A stretch of DNA of 64,000 nt from Calditrichales bacterium. Lineage in GTDB: Bacteria > Calditrichota > Calditrichia > Calditrichales > J004. The notes under the pieces were generated by a model. It had not been told where the DNA came from. It searched no databases and worked only from the letters and a program-made list of their open reading frames with translations. The position numbers and the translations under genes are program-made. Shown here one piece after another: positions 39,099-49,225 of this stretch. The stretch spans positions 51,888-115,887 of the forward strand of contig WGCN01000056.1 in the NCBI GenBank assembly GCA_015493745.1. The letters run 5' to 3'. Numbering within the stretch: position 1 is the first letter of the stretch; each line of letters begins with the position of its first letter.

Positions 39099-42000
39099 AA
39101 GAGACTGATACAATTTTGGATACTCCTTCCTCTTCCATGGTGATTCCATACATGTTCTTCGCCGCTTCCATCGTACGCTTGTTATGGGTCACCACCATGA
39201 ATTGGGTTTTATCGGTGAAGGTTTTCAGTGCCTCGGTAAAACGTTTGATATTTACATCATCCAGCGGGGCGTCCACTTCATCTAATATACAAAACGGAGA
39301 GGGTTTTACCAGATAAATTGCGAATAAAAGTGAAATGGCCGTAAGTGTTTTTTCTCCGCCGGAAAGCAGGGAAAGGGTTTGCAGATTCCGTCCCTTGGCG
39401 GTCACTTCGATATCGATATCGGCCTCCAGCGGATCCTGCCCCGGGTCCATCTTAAGTGTACCGTGACCATTGGCAAAAAAGGATTTAAACACCTCTTCAA
39501 AATGGCTCTTAATGGCTTCGAATGTATTCACAAATTGTTCTCTGGCCGTTTTATTTATTTTATCGATTGTTTCCGTCAGTGAGGCTTCCGCTCTCTCCAG
39601 GTCATCCCGCTGGGACGTTAAAAAGTTCAGGCGCTCGTTTTCCGTTTCATACTCGGAAACAGCCAGGGGATTGACCGGCCCTAAGTGCTTTATCCGGTTT
39701 TTTAACGACTGGATTTCACGGTCGGTTTCATCCTCATCCAGATTTCCGTTGGGAATGTGGGCGTCAATATCGATGCCGTACTCTTCGGTTATGTAATTAC
39801 GAAGGGATTCCGTTTTATAGCTGTACTCGTTTATTTTGACTTCCAGCTTTTTTGATTTCTCCAGGGAGGAGTCATGCTTACGGCGGAATTCACGTATTTC
39901 ATTTTCAAGCTGATGCTTTTTGTCTTTCAGCTCGCTGTATTCCATATCCAGCGTTTCACGTTTTTTATCCAGAGCGTCACGTTCTTCCCACAGGGTATCC
40001 CGGCTGCTCTTGCGTTGTTCAATCTCCTTTGCCAGCCGTACCGTTCCCTCGTCGATCTCTTTTATGGCCCGTTGCCGCCGTTCAATGTTCTCCTGCAGCT
40101 CTTTCAGGGATTGTTCCAGACGGCGCAGGTCGTTCTCACGGTTGGCCACCTGGTTGTTGGCATTGCTCAGGGTGAGCTGTGTTTGCTGGTATTCATCCAG
40201 CAACTGCTGAAATTCATCGTTAATCAGGTCGAATGCGTTGGTCCGTTTAATGCTTTCCCGCTCCAGCTTGTTCAGGGATTCCTGCTCACCGGAGATCGAG
40301 CCCTCCATTTGTTCCACGGATTGACCGATTTCTTCAATTTGCTGTTGCAGACGTTTTATTTGATAGCTGCTGGCCTCCATCTGTTTGGCTATCTGCTCCT
40401 TACGGTATTCCGCCTGCTTGGCCTCATTGATTTGTTGGTAAAAGCGCTTCTGAATGGCATCCAGATCATGGGTAAGCGTTTCCATCTGATCACGGTTACT
40501 GGACAGGGTATCGCTGTATTCATCCATTTTAGATGAAATTTGCATAAGTTCCCGTTCAAGCTTAGCGGAGCTTTCCTTTAACTCCCGCAGTTTGTTTTTA
40601 CGGGTTAGGATGCTGGCCTCCTTCTGGGAAGCAGAGCCGCCGCTGATTTCACGGTTGAAACGGACTTCCTCCCCCTCCAGGCTGATATAGCGCGCATCCC
40701 GGTTCCGGCCGGATTCGCTGATGGCCAGTCGCAGGTTGTCGACAACAATAACATCTCCCAGTAAAATCTCCAGTAAATGTTTAAAATCCGGAGCACACTG
40801 GATATGTTTCAACAGACGGTCGCCGTCCCGGTCGCTTTGGGGCAGGCTCAGCGTATTTACCCGCTCCAGGGGAATGCAGGTAAGCCGCCCCTGTTTATTG
40901 CTTTTTACGGTTTCGATCAGACGCTCGGCGTCGGCCACCGTATCCACAACGATATAATTTAAAGCTTCGCCTAAGATTTGTTCACTCAGGGCGGCATAAG
41001 GCTCCTCGGCGGAGATCAGCTCGGCCAGCGGGCCGTGTACCCCTTGCAGCTTATCCTTTTGGCTCATGATAAACTGTGTGCTTTTGGCGTGACCCTCAAA
41101 GTTGGAGATCACATTCTCATAAAACGTCCGTCGGCTTTTAATCTTCTCAAATTCGGAAAGCGTCCGGTTATACTGCTGTTGCAGCTCCTGAAGCTCCCGC
41201 TCCAGCTCTTTATTTTGTTGCCGCAGGGCATCCAGTTGTTGTGCCCGTTCCATGCGCTCGGCTTCTATGCTTTCCGTATCGCTGCGCAGGCTGTCGCTTT
41301 GCCCCTGCATCGACTCGTACTCTTCAGCCATCTGGGCGCGTTGCGCTTCAATTTTTCCGATCTGCTCTTTGTTAAACTCCAGTTGGTAATTTTTTTTCTG
41401 GATCGCCTCTTTCTTGTCCGACAACTGTTGGAATTGCCGGCGGTATTCCCGGGTCAGCTTGTCGATCTCCGCTTTTTCAGCCTCGATCTTTTTCTGCATC
41501 TCCCTGCGGGTTCCGGCCACCACATTAAAGGCCTGTTGCAGGCTGTCCCTTTTCTCCTTCAGACTTTCCAGCTCGTTCAGGATCTCCTGCTTATTGGCGG
41601 TGTACATTTCTATCTTATGACCGTGTTCTTCAATCTCCTGGAGGAAACGTTCCTTGTTCTTGGCCATCTCATCGATTTTAGTTTCGGCAACGGCATTTTC
41701 CTGATTCAGGCTGTTTATCCGGCTGTCCAGGGTATAAATACGGTTGTTGACCTCTTTGATATCCTGCTCCAGAACGATGCTTTGCCGGTTATAATCTTCC
41801 AGCAGGGCCTCTTCTATGGTAATCTGGTGTGAACTCTCTTCCTTTTCCTTGCTTATAATGACCAGTTCACGCTCCAGGGGGGAAATTTCATCCTTAAGGC
41901 GGTGATAGCGGTAAACGGACAGGTCGATCTCGTTTTTCTTAAGATTCTCGGTATACTCCAGATAACGCCGGGCCTTACCCACCTGACGGTGAAGGGAGGC

Positions 42001-42606
42001 CACGGTTTTCTCCACCTCGATGATGATGTCATTGATACGGGACAGGTCTATTTGCGTGGCTTCCAGTTTGCGCAGGGCCGATTTACGGCGTGTTTTGTAT
42101 TTAACCACGCCGGCCGCTTCTTCGAATAAAACACGTCTTTCCTGCTTGTTTTCGGAAAGAATGCTCTCCACCATCTTCAGCTCGATCACCGAATAGGAGT
42201 TGGAACCCATGCCGGTATCCATGAACAGGTTAATCACGTCTTTTAGGCGAACGGGAACTTTATTGATCAGGTACTGGCTTTCACCGGAACGGTAGAGCCG
42301 CCGGGAAATCACCACCTCGTCAAATTCCGTATCCAGAATGTTGCGGTTGTTTTGTATGGTCAATGAGACTTCGGCCATGCCCATCGGCTTGCGGGTTTTG
42401 GTACCGTTGAAGATAACGCTTTCCATTTTGTCGCTGCGCAGGTTGCTGACGCGCTGCTCTCCAAGCACCCAGCGGATGGCATCGACAATGTTTGACTTTC
42501 CCGAACCGTTGGGGCCGATAATAGCCGTAAGTCCGGAGTCAAAATCTAATTTGATTTTATTGGCAAAGGATTTAAAACCATGAATTTGTAACTGTGATAG
42601 GTACAT
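39091..42606 (-). CDS. smc: Chromosome segregation protein SMC
   Basis: GFKSF, Walker A GPNGSGKSN, coiled coils with hinge, LSGGEK signature and ILDEVDAPLD. Confidence 0.98.
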   Translation of the reverse strand: MYLSQLQIHGFKSFANKIKLDFDSGLTAIIGPNGSGKSNIVDAIRWVLGEQRVSNLRSDKMESVIFNGTKTRKPMGMAEVSLTIQNNRNILDTEFDEVVISRRLYRSGESQYLINKVPVRLKDVINLFMDTGMGSNSYSVIELKMVESILSENKQERRVLFEEAAGVVKYKTRRKSALRKLEATQIDLSRINDIIIEVEKTVASLHRQVGKARRYLEYTENLKKNEIDLSVYRYHRLKDEISPLERELVIISKEKEESSHQITIEEALLEDYNRQSIVLEQDIKEVNNRIYTLDSRINSLNQENAVAETKIDEMAKNKERFLQEIEEHGHKIEMYTANKQEILNELESLKEKRDSLQQAFNVVAGTRREMQKKIEAEKAEIDKLTREYRRQFQQLSDKKEAIQKKNYQLEFNKEQIGKIEAQRAQMAEEYESMQGQSDSLRSDTESIEAERMERAQQLDALRQQNKELERELQELQQQYNRTLSEFEKIKSRRTFYENVISNFEGHAKSTQFIMSQKDKLQGVHGPLAELISAEEPYAALSEQILGEALNYIVVDTVADAERLIETVKSNKQGRLTCIPLERVNTLSLPQSDRDGDRLLKHIQCAPDFKHLLEILLGDVIVVDNLRLAISESGRNRDARYISLEGEEVRFNREISGGSASQKEASILTRKNKLRELKESSAKLERELMQISSKMDEYSDTLSSNRDQMETLTHDLDAIQKRFYQQINEAKQAEYRKEQIAKQMEASSYQIKRLQQQIEEIGQSVEQMEGSISGEQESLNKLERESIKRTNAFDLINDEFQQLLDEYQQTQLTLSNANNQVANRENDLRRLEQSLKELQENIERRQRAIKEIDEGTVRLAKEIEQRKSSRDTLWEERDALDKKRETLDMEYSELKDKKHQLENEIREFRRKHDSSLEKSKKLEVKINEYSYKTESLRNYITEEYGIDIDAHIPNGNLDEDETDREIQSLKNRIKHLGPVNPLAVSEYETENERLNFLTSQRDDLERAEASLTETIDKINKTAREQFVNTFEAIKSHFEEVFKSFFANGHGTLKMDPGQDPLEADIDIEVTAKGRNLQTLSLLSGGEKTLTAISLLFAIYLVKPSPFCILDEVDAPLDDVNIKRFTEALKTFTDKTQFMVVTHNKRTMEAAKNMYGITMEEEGVSKIVSVSFE

Positions 42607-42611
42607 AATAT

Positions 42612-45035
42612 TTAAAAAAGCATCCGTGAATTTATTAGTGACTGAAGTTGTTCAAACCAAAGGGGTTGTGGGTTGAAAAAGGCAAAGAAGATAACCAAAG
42701 GGATGATATAACTCAAGAAAAGAATAAGAAAGACAACACCAAAGGGAACAACCATTAAAACGCGTATGCCATTGATCAGCCGGTAATGTGTCCACAATAT
42801 AAAGAACAGGGCGATCAGCCATAACAGGCCCGTGTATTGCTGATAATAGTGTATATGATAGGAGACCAGGCTGAGCGGCATAAAAAAGGCAAATGGCGCC
42901 CCGGCCCACATGCCGATGGCGATCGTTTGACGGAAACGGACATAACGCCGGCGCAACAGGGCGTAGACTTTGATAAATATGCCGGTAATCAGGGGATGGA
43001 TAAATATAAGCGGCATGAAGATCAGCAGAATAAGCCAGGGATGGGACGAATAACTTAACAGAAGATAATACAACTCCTTATCGGGGAACAAAATGGCCAG
43101 CATTTCCCTGAAGAAATGGTTCCCGCTATAATAATAGACGGTTGAGGCCAGAAGAACCGACAGCACCATGACGGTATTCAGTCCAATCATCAGCGTATTG
43201 AAAACCGGTATGATACGCCGCTCGCGCATATCGACATAAAAACCGTAACTGTGTCGCAGGGCGCGGCTAAAGTTATCCCGGAAACGCGGATAACGGCGAT
43301 AGAAGAAGAGAAAGACAAGAGTCCAGAAAAAGAGGACCAGGGCAAAAAAGTTATCGGGTTTTTTTGATGCCGGAGTCAGAAGCGCTTGGCCGGTATCCGG
43401 ACTCAGGGCTTTAAATACGGGCCGGCCGTCGGGAAACAGACCGGCGGCATTTAGGCCAAAGGGTTGCTCCGCGGAGGGCCTGGATAAGGCAAAGCGCACC
43501 GGTTGATCGTTGTAGGCGTCAATAAAATACCCGTTGCCGGAAAGTTGGCCATGTTCGGCCAGCCAGGATTTAAGCCAGGCTGTTTTGCGTATTATAAAAT
43601 CTTCCGGCATTTCGTCACGATTGCGGATGATGGTTTGCCCGACATTGCCCGGCAGGAATGCGATGAGACGCGGCTGAAGGCGTACCGTATCCTGTAAGGC
43701 ATATTTAAGATACATATAAAAATCAACCGGCAACCCGGCGGATTTTACCGCCCCCGCCGGTGAAAGATAGGTGAGCAGGGGGGCCGGGCGCTGTTCCACT
43801 TCACTGCTGATGATATAAAAACGCTGAATGACCGGATTTTGAGTCTCCATTTCATTGCCCATTCCCAGGGCAAAAAGAGAGGGGTGACGGCCCAGCATGG
43901 TTAAAACCGATTGTATGGCCGAGCGCGTGGCATTTAACAGTTGCTCGTTTTGCAGCACATGCGGGGAGTAGCGGCGGAGGGGCAGCTCGGCGAAAATCAT
44001 CAATCCCAGTGTGTCGGCTGTATTTAACACCGTTTCCGGGGGCATATATCCGGGAAAGCGTACGGCATTGAACCCGGCCTGTTTCAGGGTTGTCAGTTGT
44101 TTTCGGTAGTAGGCCGTTATGCTTTTACCGCTCATCTCCCGGGGATTAAAATAAAAGTTCAGGCCGATGATCCGCTCACGGCGTCCGTTGACAAAAAAAC
44201 GGCCGTTTAAAAAACGGGCGTAACGTATCCCGGTTCGATAGCTCCTCTTTTCAATAAGCTGTTGATAGCGTTTTATACCGAGGGTAACCGTGACAAATCG
44301 CGGGTTTGCCGCCGTCCACATCCGTGAGGTATCCAGCTTAAGCTCCATGCGGTATTTTCCCGTTCCCGCCTGCAGATTCTTGCGCCGCCGGTACAGCAGG
44401 GTCCCCTTGTCATCGGTGACGGTTTCTTCCACGGCATAACCTGCTTTTTTCTTTAGCTTGTTTTCGATGGTGTAGCTAAAGACAATCCGGGCCTTTTTCT
44501 TGATTTCCGTAACGGTGTAACTGAAGCGGTCGATCAGCGGCGCCGGCCGGCGCTTTATGCCAAAAGGCTGGAAAAGGGCGATAAAGGGCGGTGAGGTGTA
44601 CAGATGGGTGAAAACCGGAAAAATTTCGGACCGGGAGGTCAGTACCAGGGTGACGGTGTTGCTGCCCGTTTTTAATATGCCGCTGTCGATGGGCTTTTCC
44701 ACGGGGATCCAGGGCATACGGGTTTTCACAATGCGCCGGCCGTTTATGAAGATGGCCGCGCTGCCGGGAAAACCGCCCGTATAAAAGATATAGTTGTCGG
44801 TTTGCCTGGCCTTCAGCTTAAATGTCGCGCTAAAGCGCAAGGTGTCATACCCCAGCGCGGCGAAAGGGGGGCGTGCCCCGGGGATTTGTTTATCTCCCTG
44901 CCAGTTGCTCAGCCGGTCCAGCCGTATATGCGTGCTGTCGGCGATCCTGGCTGTATCGGCGGTAAAGGGAAATAACTCTCCCCGGCCGTACACAGTACAA
45001 CTCAGCAAAATGAGCAGAAAATAAACCGTTTTCAT
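42612..45035 (-). CDS. GH2-like TIM-barrel protein with C-terminal multi-TM domain
   Basis: Signal peptide; TGIRYARFLNGRFFVNG, GFNAVRF, DTLGLMIFAELP and HPSLFALGMGNE resemble glycoside hydrolase family 2; about six hydrophobic helices in the last ~250 aa. Confidence 0.8.
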   Translation of the reverse strand: MKTVYFLLILLSCTVYGRGELFPFTADTARIADSTHIRLDRLSNWQGDKQIPGARPPFAALGYDTLRFSATFKLKARQTDNYIFYTGGFPGSAAIFINGRRIVKTRMPWIPVEKPIDSGILKTGSNTVTLVLTSRSEIFPVFTHLYTSPPFIALFQPFGIKRRPAPLIDRFSYTVTEIKKKARIVFSYTIENKLKKKAGYAVEETVTDDKGTLLYRRRKNLQAGTGKYRMELKLDTSRMWTAANPRFVTVTLGIKRYQQLIEKRSYRTGIRYARFLNGRFFVNGRRERIIGLNFYFNPREMSGKSITAYYRKQLTTLKQAGFNAVRFPGYMPPETVLNTADTLGLMIFAELPLRRYSPHVLQNEQLLNATRSAIQSVLTMLGRHPSLFALGMGNEMETQNPVIQRFYIISSEVEQRPAPLLTYLSPAGAVKSAGLPVDFYMYLKYALQDTVRLQPRLIAFLPGNVGQTIIRNRDEMPEDFIIRKTAWLKSWLAEHGQLSGNGYFIDAYNDQPVRFALSRPSAEQPFGLNAAGLFPDGRPVFKALSPDTGQALLTPASKKPDNFFALVLFFWTLVFLFFYRRYPRFRDNFSRALRHSYGFYVDMRERRIIPVFNTLMIGLNTVMVLSVLLASTVYYYSGNHFFREMLAILFPDKELYYLLLSYSSHPWLILLIFMPLIFIHPLITGIFIKVYALLRRRYVRFRQTIAIGMWAGAPFAFFMPLSLVSYHIHYYQQYTGLLWLIALFFILWTHYRLINGIRVLMVVPFGVVFLILFLSYIIPLVIFFAFFNPQPLWFEQLQSLINSRMLF

Positions 45036-45045
45036 CGTTTCGGGG

Positions 45046-45756
45046 CTACAGTAAGGAGTTTAGGTCACGGATGGCATGTTCGATGCCGATGAACAAGGCC
45101 TTGTTAACCACCGGCTCGGCAACAATGATGTCTTCGATATAGCTCAACTCGGCAATATCACGAAGATTATCGTAACCGATGGCGCCGGAAATATTTATGC
45201 CCAGTCCCAGTTTCCCGGCCGCCAGCATCAAACCGGAAAGATTTTCGAGCAGATCGACCTCGGCCGCCATGTCATCGGCCTCACCCAGAGCGGAAGCATC
45301 CAGCTCGATATAGTCAAACTCCAGCTTACCCGCGCCCTTGATTTCGGCGAGTTCCGGCCGGATCAGCACGGAGCTTAAAATGTTGTTGGAACGCAACTCC
45401 GCCACATAATTCTGCAAGGCCGATCCGTAGCTGTCTATGGAAAGCGGTGACGGTTTTAAGGTGTTGACTTCCCCGGGAGCGACAAAAGTCACCATATCCA
45501 CCTTCAGGGCGATAAGCTGGCGGATGCGTTCTTCGGTAAGGTTTACGCGGACATTAAGATGGGTCTTCACCAATTCTTTCAATAAACGCAAATCCCGTTG
45601 GGTGACGGTTTTTTCGTCATCCCGGTAATAACAAACTATGGACTCGGCGCCACCGATTTCGGCCATAATGGTCGCGTTTACCGGGTCGGGCTCACTTGTG
45701 CCCATGGTATTTCGGATCAGGGCAATAGGGTCTACATCAAAAGCGATACGCTGCAT
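45046..45756 (-). CDS. PdxJ-fold protein, catalytically degenerate
   Basis: Aligns with PNP synthase (IALIRN..G..EPDPV, RDD...T.RDLRLLK, YIEL, GLGIN...GYDN). Start placed at ATG 45756 behind CGGAGG. Confidence 0.85.
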   Translation of the reverse strand: MQRIAFDVDPIALIRNTMGTSEPDPVNATIMAEIGGAESIVCYYRDDEKTVTQRDLRLLKELVKTHLNVRVNLTEERIRQLIALKVDMVTFVAPGEVNTLKPSPLSIDSYGSALQNYVAELRSNNILSSVLIRPELAEIKGAGKLEFDYIELDASALGEADDMAAEVDLLENLSGLMLAAGKLGLGINISGAIGYDNLRDIAELSYIEDIIVAEPVVNKALFIGIEHAIRDLNSLL

Positions 45757-45766
45757 TGTGCCTCCG

Positions 45767-46285
45767 TTAAAAGGTTGATAAATCTTCCCAGCGGATGATC
45801 TTCCAAATGGTTTCGCCGGGTTTGCGTTGTAAAATAAAAAGAGCTTCCCCGTTGAGCGTCGGCACTTCCCGGCCTCCGTCAAAAGTAAGCTGAAACACCT
45901 GTTTCAATTCCACCAGACTGCTGTCGTCGTCAAGAAAGATTTCTCGAATGGTTCCGCCCCAATTTAAGCGAATTGTTTGAAAATGTCGAAATAAGCGTAC
46001 GGTGGTGCGGATATCCGTGTCCCGGCCCCAGATAATATCGGTTACCGGATCGGTGGAATAGTTTTTGGAAACGAAGATAAAGGCGCTGTCAAGAAGATCG
46101 CTGTATACCAGGGAGTCTTTAAAATTATAGGCATACTCGAAGTTGGTCATAACTTCCTGCGGGGTTTCCTGCCCGGTCAGGATTTCCGCCACGCTGTTCA
46201 GGTCTTCATCCAGCCGGGGGGCAAAGGGATTGCAGCCGAAGGCGGTTAACATAATCAGAAGCAGGAGGAGGGTTTTGAACAACAT
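45767..46285 (-). CDS. Hypothetical lipoprotein (NTF2/SnoaL-like, inferred)
   Basis: Lipobox AFGC followed by NPF; C-terminal WKIIRWED. Confidence 0.82.
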   Translation of the reverse strand: MLFKTLLLLLIMLTAFGCNPFAPRLDEDLNSVAEILTGQETPQEVMTNFEYAYNFKDSLVYSDLLDSAFIFVSKNYSTDPVTDIIWGRDTDIRTTVRLFRHFQTIRLNWGGTIREIFLDDDSSLVELKQVFQLTFDGGREVPTLNGEALFILQRKPGETIWKIIRWEDLSTF

Positions 46286-46286
46286 G

Positions 46287-46931
46287 TTACCGGTTCCTGA
46301 TCTTTAGGGCGGTCCAGGATTTGCCGGTAGCGCCGTCCAGGGCGCGGTCTTCCCAGTAGTAAATCAGCCAGGGTTCCCGGGCGGTATTTAAGGAACGGAA
46401 AAGACGCATGCGGGCCAATCCCTCCACAACCTGGGTGGAGTCGGGGTACGCCAGGGTAAAACGGTAGCGAAACAGATCGGTTTCCACGGAGTCCTCGAAT
46501 GAGGTGGCGGAAATGGGTTGCAGGCGGGGCAGGGAATCCACATAGCTGAAGCGGATCACCGGACTACGCCCCCGTACGGGGAATATCAGATTGCGGAACC
46601 AGGTTTCCTCGTCGCTGAGCGTCCAGGAACCGATCAACTGATCCTGAAAGGCGGCATCGCCGACAAAGGTGAAGCCTTTTTCCGCGCCCTGCGCCGGATC
46701 GGAAAAATTATCCATATAGCGCTGTACATTTTTTTGCTCAATGGAACGGGAAAGATTGACAAGGATATTCTCGGCCCGGGTCGGCTCTTCATATATCCCC
46801 GTCTCGCTGCCCACATCGGGTTTTTCAACCTGACTCTCCCTGGTGGTAAAGGGATTGGTACAGCCCCACAGGGCGGATATAAAAAACAGTGCTAAAGCTT
46901 TACGGTTCTTGGCCTTTATATGCATGGCCAA
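46287..46931 (-). CDS. Hypothetical lipoprotein, paralog of the downstream gene
   Basis: Lipobox LWGC followed by TNPF; C-terminal WLIYYWED. Confidence 0.82.
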   Translation of the reverse strand: MAMHIKAKNRKALALFFISALWGCTNPFTTRESQVEKPDVGSETGIYEEPTRAENILVNLSRSIEQKNVQRYMDNFSDPAQGAEKGFTFVGDAAFQDQLIGSWTLSDEETWFRNLIFPVRGRSPVIRFSYVDSLPRLQPISATSFEDSVETDLFRYRFTLAYPDSTQVVEGLARMRLFRSLNTAREPWLIYYWEDRALDGATGKSWTALKIRNR

Positions 46932-47072
46932 GTTTATAAATTTTTGTACTCTCTTGCCAATGTTTTAGCATCATGTTCCTTTTTATTCTTATTTTAGGCC
47001 GGGCGGTTTGCCGCCGTCTTATCAACAAACGCATCCTCTTGGTTCCGAACCCTTTTTCTATCGTGGGAGTAA

Positions 47073-49073
<2,001 letters not shown>

Positions 49074-49105
49074 ATTTCCCTCATATTAAGAGATCGGAAT
49101 TTTGT

Positions 49106-49134
49106 TTGACTTTAGAAGGGCGTAGCTCTAAATT
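49106..49134 (+). promoter_or_regulatory. Putative sigma70 promoter for secDF
   Basis: TTGACT-17nt-TAAATT. Confidence 0.6.
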
Positions 49135-49225
49135 TGCATTCTTTTGTTAATCCAACGACCCATACCTGGATTAATGACAAAATCACATATATTTTATTTA
49201 TAGACACTGGAGGTTTTACGGTTTA

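Noticed and set aside
40978-41832. Long plus-strand ORFs antisense to smc (284 aa, and 220 aa at 39874)
   Set aside because: Typical shadow frames of a coiled-coil gene with low stop-codon frequency.
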